Shown: in pieces, positions 27,440-40,343 of the stretch
Position numbering within the stretch: the first letter of the stretch is position 1
Layout: the number at the start of each line of letters is the position of its first letter
Source of the DNA: Eledone cirrhosa
Lineage: Eukaryota
Length of the DNA stretch: 64,000 nucleotides
Assembly (NCBI GenBank): GCA_964016885.1
Contig: OZ024764.1
Location: 4,836,001-4,900,000 of the forward strand
Direction: 5' to 3'
Notes under the pieces: generated by a model
Seen by the model: the letters and a program-made list of their open reading frames with translations, nothing else
The model's database searches: none
What the model was told of the DNA's origin: nothing
Translations under genes and position numbers: made by a program

Positions 27440-28365
27440 CCCCAGTCCACACTGTAGAGTGGTCATGTAGGGGCCACAACAAAAAGTACCCAGTCCACAC
27501 TGTAAAGTGGTCATGTAGGGGCCACAACAAAAAGTACCCAGTCCACACTGTAAAGTGGTCATGTAGAGACCAGAACAAAAAGTACCCAGTCCACACTGTA
27601 GAGTGGTCATGTAGGGGCCACAACAAACAGTACCCAGTCCACACTGTAGAGTGGTCATGTAGGGACCAGAACAAAAAATACCCAGCCCACACTGTAAAGT
27701 GGTCATGTAGGTGTCACAACAAAAAGTACCCAGTCCACACTGTACACTGTCATGTAGGGGTCACAACAAAAAGTACCCAGTCCACACTGTAAAGTGGTCA
27801 AGTAGGTGTCACAATAAAAAGTACCCATCCCCACACTGTAAAGTGGTCATGTAGGGACCACAACAAAAAGTACCCAGTCCACACTGTAAAGTGGTCGTGT
27901 AGGTGTCACAACAAAAAACACCCAGTCCACACTGTAAAATGGTTTTGTAGGTGTCTCAACAAAAAACACCCAGTCCACACTGTAAAGTGGTCATGTAGGG
28001 GTCACGAAAAAAAACACACCCAGTTCACACTGTAAAGTAGGGGCCACAACAAAAAACACCCAGTTCAAACTGTAAAGTGGTTGTGTAGGGTTCATGAAAA
28101 AAAAACACCCAGTCCACACTGTAAAGTATTCATGTAGGGAACACGAAAAAAACACACCCAGTCCACAATATAATGTGGCCATGTAGGGGCCACAACAAAA
28201 AACACCCAGTCCACACTATAATGTGTTCATGTAGGGGCCACAACAAAAAACACCCAGTCCACACTATAATGTGGTCATGTAGGGGCCACAACAAAAAACA
28301 CCCAGTCCAAACTGTAAAGTGTTCATGTAGGGTTCACGAAAAAAAACACCCATTCCACACTGTAA
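27440..28365. repeat. 48-bp minisatellite (~19 copies) derived from the RTE 3' UTR
   Basis: Unit CCCAGTCCACACTGTAAAGTGGTCATGTAGGGGCCACAACAAAAAGTA resembles 23560-23610. Confidence 0.9.
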
Positions 28366-28549
28366 TGTGTGTGGTGTTGGGGTGGGCATCAAAGGTGTAG
28401 AAACCAAGCCAGAAATATTTATGTATGACACGGTGACCCAACATACCTCAAATTGTTAAGTCATTTACTTCGTAATATGAACAAGTGAAGAGTGTTACTG
28501 TATTACAATGAAGTGGGGCGGGAAGCAATCTTCTGTTTAAAAGCTAGTG

Positions 28550-28918
28550 ACTGAGTAAATTGTGTCATTCTTACTTGTACATGGACATATCAAACTGTTT
28601 GAAAGCTCGTGTCTGAGTAAGTTGTGTCATTCTTACACCTCACTTGTACCTGGACATATCAAACTGTTTGAAAGTAAGTTGTGTCATTCTTACACCTCAC
28701 TTGTACATGGACATATCAAACTGTTTGAAAGTAAGTTGTGTCATTCTTACACCTCACTTGTACCTGGACATATCAAACTGTTTGAAAGCTCGTGTCTGAG
28801 TAAGTTGTGTCATTCTTACACCTCACTTGTACCTGGACATATCAAACTGTTTGAAAGCTCGTGTCTGAGTAAGTTGTGTCATTCTTACACCTCACTTGTA
28901 CCTGGACATATCAAACTG
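28550..28918. repeat. 69/57-bp tandem repeat (~6 units)
   Basis: Unit GTAAGTTGTGTCATTCTTACACCTCACTTGTACCTGGACATATCAAACTGTTTGAAA, with or without GCTCGTGTCTGA. Confidence 0.93.
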
Positions 28919-29389
28919 AATTTCTCGCCTGAAGGTAAGATATATTGTGATCAATATTTTAATTTCTCTAAAAATACTAACATATATTTGTTGATCATAT
29001 ATATGTATGTGTGTGTATATATTAGATATTAGTTTAACAATAATAATAATAACGAATAATAATAATTGTTTCTACTTTTTGGCACAAGGCCAGAATAATA
29101 ATAATAATAATAATGCTTTCTTTATTAACCACAAGGGTTTAGACAAAGTAGACATTAAGGACAATACAGGACAATACAGGACCGTACGAATGGGCATTTC
29201 TGCATGTAAAAAACCCCCCAAAAACAGGGGATGTAATAAAAGAACAATGAAAAATTCCATAATAATTGTTTCTTATATAGGCACAAGGCCAGCAATTTTG
29301 CGGGAGGGGAAAGTCGATTAAATCAACCCCAGTACATTACTGGTACTTTATTTTATCGACCCCATAAGGATGAAAGGCAAAGTCAACCT

Positions 29390-29655
29390 AGTTTTCTAAG
29401 AGCCCACCAGATAATGGAACGGGGGACTCTGTCGAAGGCTTTCTCCAAGTTGATAAAAGCTAAGTATAGGGGTTTACTTTTAGCTAGGTACTTCTCCTGT
29501 AGTTGTTGTACAATGAAAAGAGCGTCTGTGGTACTTTTGCCTGACACAAACCCGAACTGCATTTCATCTAGATCAATTCTCTCTCCGATTAATTTAATGC
29601 CTCTATAGTTACTCCTATCTAGGGCATCTCCTTTACCCTTATAACAGTTAATGAT
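29390..29655 (-). mobile_element. RTE RT fragment
   Basis: Minus strand encodes KGKGDALDR..EMQFGFV..LEKAFDRVP. Confidence 0.8.
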
Positions 29656-29660
29656 ATATA

Positions 29661-30008
29661 TATCATCATCATCATCATCATCATTTTACGTCCGCTTTTC
29701 CCTGCTTGCAAGGGTGGGACGGGAACTGATTTTTTGGCTTGATTTCTACAGCTGGATGCCCTTCCTAACACCAACCTCATTTACAGTGAGTGCTGGGTGC
29801 TTTTTTGCCGTGGCACCTCCACGACCACTTTGCAGTGGAATGATAGGGACCCCAGTCCCTATCATCTCATTTCTACAGCTGAGTAAACTGGAGCAATGTG
29901 AAATAAAGTGTCTTGCTCAAGGAAACAACACATCATCCGGTTTGAGAATTGAACTCACAGCCTTTTGATTGCAAGGCCAATGCTCGAACCACTAAGCCAT
30001 GTGCCTCC
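29661..30008 (-). mobile_element. tRNA-derived SINE with RTE-derived tail (family B); copies at 50968-51302 (+) and 62843-63177 (+)
   Basis: A-box TGGCTTAGTGG, B-box GAGTTCAATTC, central TTGAGCAAGACACTT, 3' end nearly identical to the RTE tail at 398-455. Confidence 0.85.
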
Positions 30009-30208
30009 ATATATATAAATATATGTTTCCATGAAGAGAGAAATTTAATTCTATTCACCCCAAATTTAACTACAAACCGTAAAGAGAGTTATAGACACAC
30101 ATCTGGCTTAATATCTATAATACATATATGAATTGAAACACTGACAATTCTGCCACTTCAATTAATTTGATTTTGTATTAATTACTTAGGTAAATATTAT
30201 TTTTACAG

Positions 30209-30252
30209 ATATTTTAACTAACCTATTAATACTAACACATTTGTATCATGGA
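30209..30252 (+). CDS. Candidate start exon of the micro-exon gene (ATG GA|gtaaac, phase 2)
   Basis: Acceptor TATTTTTACAG, ATG at 30248-30250, weak donor GTAAAC; phase matches the downstream micro-exons. Confidence 0.25.
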
Positions 30253-31187
30253 GTAAACAACTTATATATATATATATATATATACAATGTGGTTTACCTT
30301 TCGTGGTAGGGTCTATACCCTAGTTAGAACTCAATGTAATCCATTAGCAAGTAGTTCAGTGAGATCCACAGATTGGTTCCATGTTTCACTGATTCAATCT
30401 TTCAGATAGAGAGTCTGATATATTACATATTAGTTTATAAATAGATATATAGATTAGAAAGTGAGGTTTTTTTACAAAATGAAAAAAAGACCAAGTGAAA
30501 ATATAAGGAAAACACAAACAGGCATGAAAGCTGATGTGCTTATTCACGTGACTGTATCAACCAACCAAACTTCACTCATATATGAAAAAACAACCTGAGT
30601 CCTGCTTTTTTTGAAGGCAAATATAATAAGAACTTTGTAACGCGAATTGGTGCAAAATTTATTATACTTATTCACCAACCAACTAAATTACTTCTCTAAA
30701 AACCTAACATTTCGAGTCACTTTTTTTCCATATAAAACAGAAATTACGATTAACAAGTAGAAACGTTAAATTTATGTTTAGAGTTAAAATATGCCATTTA
30801 AGATGAAATTAGGAAAGTGTGATTTAGTTAAAGAATTTACAGAAGGAGGCTTTTATGAAAAAGTTTAATTGTATTATAGATAGTCACGATAAAGTGTCAG
30901 GGTAGAATATAGAGTAAAGATTAAGCCCATGCTTAGCGCTCAATAACCAGCGACGTTGCGTACCCCCGCCCAGCCCGGGGCCCAACGGCATGTCAACCAT
31001 TCCGAGGATTTTCGTTTAGCGAAAGAAATGGAAATTTATTTTTCCGAGCACTCCAGGAATGTTAACTGTCTTAAGCGTCGGGTGTGTTAGCGGGAAGTCC
31101 ACCACCGTTGGCTGGCCATCGTATATACCAAACGATTACTAGTTATTCACACAGGTGGGGGTTTTAGTTGAGTGCTAGTCTGCTAGT

Positions 31188-32137
31188 CTATGCTGACGAT
31201 CTGGTTCTTAAAGCAGAATCAGTGGAGGGGCTAAAGAATAAATTCTGGCTATGGAAACAGCAGTTGGGATGAAGAGAACTGAGAGTGAACCTAGCTAAGA
31301 CAAAAGTGTTGATGAGTAGAAAAGAGGACAAAACTCTGGTTCCGTCAGGGAAATGGCCATGTTCGATATGCAGAAAAGGAACTGGAATAAATTCTATAAA
31401 ATGCACACAATGCAGATCTTGAGTACACAAGAGATGTAGTGGGATAGCAGGCAAACTAACAAGTAGGGAGAAATATGTATGCAGTAGATGTACAGAGAAA
31501 TTAGACAGTAGAAGTCGCATTGATAGACACATTTTTTAAATGCAGGTGGGTGCTATAGAATTGGATAGCTTCCGGTACCTAGGAGATCAGATTAGCATGG
31601 GAGTGGGGTGTTCCGAGGCCATAGTATCTAGAATAAGGACTGGTTGGAAGAAGTTTAGGGAGCTACTTCCTCTGTTGACGAAGAAGGGTTTCTCCCGGCT
31701 TACGAAAGGCCAGTTATATGATACCTGTGTGAGGAGCGCGATGCTGCATGGTAGTGAGACATGGGCAGCAACTGCAGAGGATATGCGACAGCTGGAGAGA
31801 AATGAGGCAAGCATGCTCCGTTGGATGTGCAGTGTAAATGTGCATGAATGACCGAGCATGGATGTGTTGAGAGAGAAACTGTGTCTGAGAGGGATAGAAT
31901 GTAGTGTGCGAGAGAGGAGACTGAAGTGGTATGGACATGTGATGCGCATGGAGGATGACCGATGGGTGAAGAAGTGCCAGGAAATGCCAGTTGAAGGAAG
32001 ACGTGGTAGAGGTAGACCACGAAAAACACGGGTGGAGGTGGTTAGAACAGACCTCAGATTGCTGAAGCGCACGGAGGAGATGACGAAGGACCGTGACAAG
32101 TGGAGAGATGCTGAATAGGACCCGTCCCACCCTTGCA
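31188..32137 (+). mobile_element. RTE LINE 3' fragment, part of duplicated block 30738-32170
   Basis: Same sequence and same 5' junction as 17630-18570. Confidence 0.9.
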
Positions 32138-32189
32138 TTTCATCCGGAGAGGTTACCCTCCCTCCCTTGCTGTCCACCACTCTACTGCC

Positions 32190-32860
32190 GGGAGGACAAA
32201 TAAGACCAGAAGATCAACTCCCAGAACAACAGGTGGCTCGCTGTCTCATCCAAAGATGTGCCCAGAGTCATGCAGACAAAGTTTCCAGCAACAACATTGG
32301 TCTTAGGTGTCGTCAGCAGTCAAGGTGATGTCATGCCACCTCACTTCTTTCCTAAGGGCCTTAAGCTGAACACCGATGGCTACATCCGCGTTCTGAGCGA
32401 GGTAGTAAAACCCTGGATCGACCAGGTAGCTGCAGTTAGGCCGTACGTGTGGCAGCAAGACCCAGCGCCCTGCCATACCAGCCGAAAGACCCAAGCCTGG
32501 CTGTCAGAGAACTTCGTCGACCACACTTCACCTGACATCTGGCCTCCCAGCTCGCCTGACTGCAACCCCCTCGACTTCTTTGTGTGGGGGCACAGTGGAA
32601 CAAGACATAAACAGATCTAGCTGCAATACAAAAGACGATCTGAAGGCCAGGATCACAAGTGCCTTTAGGGTCCTAAGTCGGGGGACAGTGACGAAGGCCT
32701 GTAGCCGGTTCCGAGGCCGCCTTGAGGCCGTCATCGAAGCCAATGGCGGGTTTATCGAGTGAGATCAAAAGAACAAGTCATGAAGACAAACTGACCCAAG
32801 TTTGATAAATAAATCTTAAAAAATAAAACTACTGTGTTATTTTTTCCTAGACAGTAATCT
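32190..32860 (+). mobile_element. Tc1/mariner DD37D (maT) transposase 3' fragment
   Basis: WQQDPAPCH...WPPSSPDCNPLD with 37 residues between the aspartates; RLEAVIEANGGFIE C-terminus. Confidence 0.88.
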
Positions 32861-34066
32861 TGCGAACAAATATATATATATATATATAAATTTAAAGGTA
32901 TAGTGCTAGGAAAAACAAATGACTAGACATGAAGTAGAGGTTAGATGAGAAAGATTTAATTAGTCTGTTCTTTAACTCGTTTCAGTACAACATCAGTCTA
33001 CGATACCTTTAAAATTATAAAGTAGAAACAATTATTATTATTCGTTATTATTATTATTGTTAAACTAATATCTAATATACACACACACATGTGCATTGTA
33101 TTTTCTGTCTGGCCCTTACTCACTCATCCACATATATGTCTGATAACCAACCTTGTAATTATAAGTAATTATATATTATATTATGTTATGTTTATTATTT
33201 TATATTGTAGTTATTGTACTATCGATCCTTATTACTAACATTATGATATGTTAAATTTTATATATCATGTAAGATGTTTATATTTTTGTACCATCATAAT
33301 TTTGGGTATTGTACAATTTATATTTTTTTTCTCACCTACTCTGTAACTCTATATGAATTGATTTGTTAACTTACATGCCATTATATATTATATATTATAT
33401 ATGTTCGGCGATATCCAATTTTAGCTGTCTAAATGGACATCGGCGATATCCAATTTTAGCTGTCTAAAATTGGATATCGCCGTGACATCTATATTGTTTG
33501 TGTAAATTAACCGGAGATTATCTATTATATAATATTATATAGTATATAATTGTATAGTTTATTATACATTATATGTGCTACTTATAATCATATCATATTA
33601 TTAACTCATGTATATTAGATATACGTATTATTATTATTATTATTATTTTTATTCCTATCATGCTTATTTATATTTAAACTCTTAATAAGGTTTAATTTGT
33701 GCTGTTAAAGATGGATATGTGTATTGATGTATGTGTATATGTGCGTACGTGTGCGTACATATATACATATGTATATTGTACCTTTTAATTTTTATTGTAA
33801 TTTTAATATTGTTACAAGTATATTATATTATATTATATTATATAGTATTATATATAATTCCCGCTCTATATAACCACCTTTGTTTAGCTCTAGGTTTTTT
33901 TTGCTTTGGACTATATTTGTAATATGGTTCTAAATGTTATACACCTCCTTAGTGATTTTTATTATATATTTTTACCCATAATCTTGCAATACTTTAGTGT
34001 ATGTACACTCCATATTCTTCGGAGTTTTCGGCTTGTATTGGCCGATAATACTTCTTGCTGTTTTAA

Positions 34067-34108
34067 TTGCCCTGATGAGTCCTTAATAGGACGAAACATT
34101 GTTGGCTA
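34067..34108 (+). ncRNA. Minimal type I hammerhead ribozyme motif followed by AATAAA
   Basis: GCC-CTGATGA-GTCCT-taat-AGGAC-GAA-ACATTGT-T-GGC; intact core and perfect stem II. Confidence 0.75.
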
Positions 34109-34679
34109 ATAAAGACTTTTGATGTATTGAAGGCTTCTTTGTTTTACTTTTATAAATATATATATACATATATGTAAATCTATCTATATAACATAGACAT
34201 CTAAGTGCCTGAAGATTAGGTCACAAATTTGATCCCTCTTATAATCTGGAGATATGGTCAATATTGGGCCTTAAAACCTTGAATCCCTTTTGTTCTGTGT
34301 ATGAACATAAATAAATAATGTATAAAAAGGTTGACAGAAGCCGTGGAGTGGGCAGGTCTAGGGAGACTTGGGATGAGGTAAGGAAAGCTGACTTTGCACA
34401 ATTACACCTAGCTAAGGCAAGACACAGGATGGTGACCTCTGGCGCTATGCACAATTATAGAGGACCTGCCCTCATAAATCCACGAGCTGAGGCATATATC
34501 TAGTATGTAACACCTTCCCAAACATCTTAATTGATGTAATCATCCCACCCCTATAACTACATCCACAATCCACCAGACATTTTCCCCACTAACACCCCAC
34601 ACAAGTTCTCAAACCTCACTATAAAGTGGTCCCGCTGTAGCCATGCCAAATGTGCGCAGTCCACACTGTAAAGTGGTCT

Positions 34680-34985
34680 TCTTTATTTAAGGCTTTTAAC
34701 ATCTCGAGCCAGATTTCATCTTCCCCAGCAGTTTTACCACATTTGAGCACTTTAACTGCTCTTGTGACCTCAGTCTCCGAGAGATTAGTCACCACTCCCA
34801 GATACACCTCATCTACATCCAAAGATGCTGTTGTGATCGGGTTTAGGAAGTCAGCAACATATTCTCCCACCTTGTGAGGATGCACCTTTCTGAAGATAAG
34901 GGAACCCAGGATTCATACTTGATAGGTGTGGTGGAGGGCTTCATATTACGAAGTCGGTGGATGATCTGCCAAAACACTTTATGTG
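34680..34985 (-). mobile_element. RTE RT N-terminal fragment
   Basis: EVTRAVKVLKCGKTAGEDEI..EMLKAL. Confidence 0.7.
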
Positions 34986-35136
34986 CATATATATGTATAT
35001 ATATACATATATATATATAAAAGAAATAGGATTTCGCTTCAAGCATATCTTTATACAATATGTATAAATATTTCGTATCTCCAAAGAAATACGGTTTTAG
35101 GAAGCCTTAGCTCTGCAAACCCTGGGGAGCTAACGT

Positions 35137-35301
35137 CCTCTGGTGATGTCCAGCAGAAGCAAGGGGGACAACCGTCTATGCATTTCAGGCTTAACTGGCC
35201 ATCGTCAGGACAGTCCCTCCCACTGCTTGCGACTGCTGGCCAGTTAAGCGTGAAATGCATAGACGGTTGTCCCCCTTGCTTCTGCTGGACATCATCAGAG
35301 G
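35137..35301. repeat. 65-bp-arm inverted repeat; copies at 53843-54007 and 56600-56764
   Basis: 35137-35201 is reverse-complementary to 35237-35301 with 2 mismatches. Confidence 0.93.
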
Positions 35302-35417
35302 CCTTGAAACCTTAAGTCCCTTTTGTTCTGTGTATGAATAGATATAAATAATGTAATATATATATATGTATGTGTGTGTATCTATTTATATATTTAACTA
35401 TATTTTTCTCATTACAG

Positions 35418-35450
35418 GAAAACCTGGTTTGAAACACAAAAGAAAGGGAT
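35418..35450 (+). CDS. Micro-exon 1 (33 nt, phase 2-2): KTWFETQKKG
   Basis: TTTTTCTCATTACAG|...|GTAAGT; paralogous flanks are conserved while the interior is divergent. Confidence 0.75.
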
Positions 35451-36489
35451 GTAAGTGTTACCTTAACATACTGTCTAACCATTGTTTAATCTGCTCCTCC
35501 CACTACCTCTCCCTTTAAACACACACACACATATATACCCCTATATATATATGAATACACACACACACATATATATATATATATACACATATATATATAC
35601 ATATATACAAGCGAGAGACGGCTTGCTGACCAATCTCGCCTTCAGTGGGACAAAACCGTCCAACCCATGCTAGTATGGAAGATGGACTTTAAATGATGAT
35701 CATATATACACACTGACACATATATATACACATATATATACGCATATATTTATATATATATATGAGTTCAAATCCGCCGAGGTTAACTTTGCCTTTCATC
35801 TTTACGAGGTCGATAAAATAAAGTACCAGTGGTGCACTGGGGTAATCGCTGGCCTTCTGCCAAAAGTAGAAACTATATTTATACATATATATAACCAAAG
35901 ATTAATATGGTTCGTTGATTACTCAACGAATACAGTTTTACAATAGATTAGAAGCACTCAACAGTGAAAGTTTTCCTGGAGTTTTTAATATTATTCAAAA
36001 TATTAACAAATGAAAAATATTCTCATAATCAAAATATATACTTTATTATATATATTTCAAAGGTATATGACATACCTCTACGGTCTTGATTATTCAATTC
36101 CAGTATTGGCAGTGACTATATATTTATAGGCAAAATGAATAATGAAAGAGTTGCAAGCCGTTAAAACATATCTTTATAAAGCTCTTACATATGTTATATA
36201 TATATATATATATATATCATCATCATCATTTTATGTCCGCTTTTCCCTGCTTGCAAGGGTAGGGCTCTCACCACCGGCCATGTTTTTCGTGGTCTTCCTC
36301 TACTGCGTCTTCCTTCTACTGGGATTTTTTAGCACCTCTTTACCCAGCGGTCATCCTCGATGCACATCACTTGTCCATACCATCTCAGTCTTCTCTCCTG
36401 CACATCACAACTTATCCCCAGTTTCTCTATCAACTCATCTATGCTCTTGTCGTTCACGCACATTGACACACACACACACATATAAGGGA

Positions 36490-36780
36490 TAACAAAATAT
36501 CGTTATAGGTAATCCAGGTAGAGGTTGTGAATACTCTGTATTGTGGTTAGTCTTAGTCTACAGCGTTGTTTGACTCAACAAGAGGTTTCCGTAGGTGGCA
36601 AGTATTTGAGTTCTCTTGAATTCCTATGTAAGTTTATCTTGGAGTAATAATATTGAAAGCGTGAAGAATAACATGGTCAACAGTACAAAAAAAGGTTTTT
36701 ATTTACAGTATTAACAATTGTTTCACTGATTAAGTTGTCTAAAAATTGCTGAACACTTGAAGCTGTGCCACTCAATTTTA
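36490..36780 (-). mobile_element. Possible Penelope-like (GIY-YIG) remnant; copy at 56045-56335
   Basis: Degenerate minus-strand frame containing TYIG; weak support. Confidence 0.3.
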
Positions 36781-37284
36781 AATATGTTGTTAGCTTAACT
36801 AGATCATCAGAATATTTATATATATATATACTACAAATTATGTCCATAGAACCATTTGATAAGATATATACACCATTTCCTCTCCCAATTAGCATAATCA
36901 ACCACACAAAAAATCAATTAGACCAGGCTATAAGATTAAAAGGCACCTATGATAAAATAGTAGATAAATAAAAGACAGCATTTCAATAGCATGTGGAAAT
37001 CAATTAAATATATCGTCAACCATACACAATTAGGTATAAAATTAAAGTTAGAAGAAAAAATGCATATACACATACCAGGATTACGTTTCTACCCTTTAGG
37101 GTTTCGTTCGCATTTGGAAATATACTATCAAGGATAAATTCGATATAAATTCTATAAATTTATCAAGGATAAATTTATAGTATATTGCTCTGATTATTTA
37201 ATTTATTAATTCATCATTGAGCCACATCGTGAATGGTTGCCAAAAACATATATATCTATGACTTTGTCTAGTTTGTGTATATGT

Positions 37285-37385
37285 AAATCTTTATATTGAT
37301 TGTTCCTTATGTAGCACAGCCTTTCAGATTCCATCTTTGCGCACAAGTCTACAGCAAGCTGGTTGAAGAGTACTCTTGCACGGTG
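37285..37385 (-). mobile_element. Helitron RepHel fragment
   Basis: LFNQLAVDLCAKMESERLCYIRNNQ resembles the Helitron motif LFQQFxVDxYAKIESERLxYIRxNQ. Confidence 0.7.
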
Positions 37386-38902
37386 GAACAGCAACGTAGT
37401 AAGTAAGGCAATCAAAGATATGAAGATGGGGAAGGCAACCGGTCCATCGGGTATAGCTGCCGAGATGCTGAAGGCATCTGGGTCTGTAGGTCACACTATA
37501 ACCACACGTATTGTTAACCCGTTAATACTAGAAGGTGTCATACCAAAAGATTGGTGCAGTAGCATCATTGTCAACTGTTACAAAAGTAAAGGTGATGCAC
37601 TAGATAGAGGAAACTATAGAGGTATAAAGCTGATGGACCAGGTCATGAAAGTAACAGAAAGAGTTATAGCACAGTTGATTAGGGACCGGGTGAAACTAGA
37701 CGAGATGCAATTTGGGTTTGTACCAGGAAGAGGCACCACTGATGCCCTCTTCCTTGTCAGGCAGTTACAGGAAAAGTACCTAGCTAAAAGTAAGCCACTC
37801 TACCTGGCATTTGTTGACCTTGAGAAAGCCTTTGACAGAGTTCCACGTGCTGTAATCTGGTAGGCTCTTAGAAAACTAGGAGTAGATGAATAGCTTGTGA
37901 AAGTGGTACAAGCCATGTATAGGGGAGCAGTCAGCAAAGTTAGGATTAGCAATGAGTATAGCGAGGAATTTAGCGTACAGGTTGGGGTCCACCAGGGCTC
38001 TGTTCTTAGGCCCCTCCTGTTCATCATTGTCCTGCAGGCAATAACGGAGGACTTTAAGACCGGATGCCCATGGGAACTCCTGTATGCTGATGACCTCGCA
38101 CTTATAGCTGAATCTATGGTAGAACTAGAGAAGAAATTCCAAACTTGGAAGCAGGGACTAGAAAGAAAGGGTCTCAAAGTCAACATGACAAAGACTAAGG
38201 TCCTTGTAAGTAGACGAGAAAACAGAACCCAGATCCCCTCAGGGAAATGGCCTTGCTCAGTATGTAGGAAAGGTGTAGGTAGGAACTCCATTCTCTGCCC
38301 CAAATGCAAACAATGAGTACACAAGAGATGTAGCGGGATCTCAGGAAGCTTAATTAAGAATGTAGGCTTCACATGCAGCAGCTGTGCTGGGACAGCAAGC
38401 AGCAAACAGCCACAGGAAACAAGTACCACCAATCTCTGGGAGGGCTCTGTAGAAACAGTAGACAGCTTCTGCTACCTAGGTGACCGAATTAGCAGCGGAG
38501 GTGGGTGTTCAGAAAGTACAATAACTAGGGTAAGAATGGGATGGAAGAAGTTTAGGGAACTACTATCACTGCTAGCTGCAAAAGGCCTCTCCCTCAAAAT
38601 GAAAGGCAGACTGTATGATGCGTGTATCCGAACAGCGATGTTGCATGGTAGTGAGACCTGGGCGCTGAAGGTGGAAGACTTACGTAGATTAGAGAGAAAC
38701 GAAGCCTGCGTAACAGTAATATACGCGAACGACAAAGCATAAATGAATTGAGAGACTGAGCATAAGAGGAATCAAATGCTGTGTGCAGGAGAGGCGGTTG
38801 CGCTGGTATGGACATGTGATGCGTATGAAGGATGACAGCTGCATAAAAAGTTGCAGAGCACTAGAAGTCGATGGAAACCACGGTGTGGGGAGACCCAAGA
38901 TG
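37386..38902 (+). mobile_element. RTE LINE RT and C-terminal region with stops
   Basis: NYRGIKL, FVDLEKAFDRVP, GVHQGS, LLYADD, Cys-rich finger, MLHGSETW. Confidence 0.93.
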
Positions 38903-40343
38903 AGGAGAGAAAGAGTGTGAGAGAGAGAGAGTGAGAGAAAGAGAGGGAGTGAAAGAGAGAAATAGAGGGATTGAGAGAGATACGTTAAAACAATAACAGA
39001 AGGTCTGACTGGAGAATTTACTTTAGAATTTTAAGAGAAAAGGGGAAGGTTTCAGACTTCTGGAATTCCTTCACGAAAATGTCCTATATATCTGGAACAC
39101 AAACTTCAAAAAAATGAGACAACCACTTAATAACCTATAGATCATGTGAGCCCACCAGCTAGATAGATTTCATTGTTACCAGAAGACAGAGTGACTGTTA
39201 TAAACACAATGTCCCTCCCTAGTGAAGAATGCACCTCCCAAAATACCTTAGAAGACAACCTGGAAGAAAAGAGTAGAGATCAAAATCAAAAGGTCTTAAA
39301 GTCAATTTGGTAAAGACTAAAGTTCTAGTAAGTAGAAAGGAAAACTCGGCCCAGATCTCTTCAGGTAAACTGTCCTGCTCAGTGTGCAGAAAAGGAGTAG
39401 GTAGAAATTCCCATCCTATGTCCCATATATATATCCTATGTCCCATATATATATCCTATGTCCCATATATACTGTGAGAGGATTTAGGCATAAAAGGGAT
39501 TAGATTCAGTGTGCAGGAGTGCGATTGTTTTGGCATAGACATGTGATGTGTATGAAGGGTGACAGCTGTATAAAAAGGTGCCGAACAAACAAAGTTGACA
39601 GAAACCGTGGAGTGGGCAGGTCTAGGAAGACTTGGGATGAGGTAAGGAAAGCTGACTTTGTACAATTACACCTAGCTAAGGCAATGACACAGGATGGTGA
39701 CCTCTGGCGCTATGCACAATTATAGAGGACTACATCCACAATCCACCAGACATTTTCCCTACCAACACCCCACACAAGTTCCCAAACCTCACCATAAAGT
39801 GGTCCCGCTGCAGCCATGACAAACGTGCCCAGTCCACACTGTACAGTGGTCTTGTAGGTGTCCTGCCAAAAATCAATATTGGGCCTTAAAACCTTGAGTC
39901 CCTTTTGTTCTGTGTATGAACATAAATAATTGTTTCTACTTTTGGCACAAGGCCAGCAATTATCCAGTGCATTACTGGTACTTTATTTTATCGACCCCGT
40001 AAGGATGAAAGGCAAAGTTAACCTCGGCGGGATTTGAACTCAGATCATACAGGGAGGTAACTATGCTTCAAAGCATGGCGTCCGACCCTCTACCGATACT
40101 GCCAATCCACCGCCTGAACATAAATAAATAATTGTTTCTACTTTAGGCACAAGGCCAGCAATTACCTAGTACATTACTGGTACTTTATTTTATCGACTCC
40201 GTAAGGATGAAAGGCAAAGTCAACCTCGGAGGGATTTGAACTCAGATCGGAAAGGGACGTAACTAAATAAATAATGTAATATATATATATGTATGTGTGT
40301 GTGTATCTATTTATATATTTAACTATATTTTTTGTAATCACAG

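Noticed and set aside
28562-29032. 156-aa repeat ORF
   Set aside because: Non-ATG start; the open frame follows from 69/57-bp unit lengths; no homology recognised.
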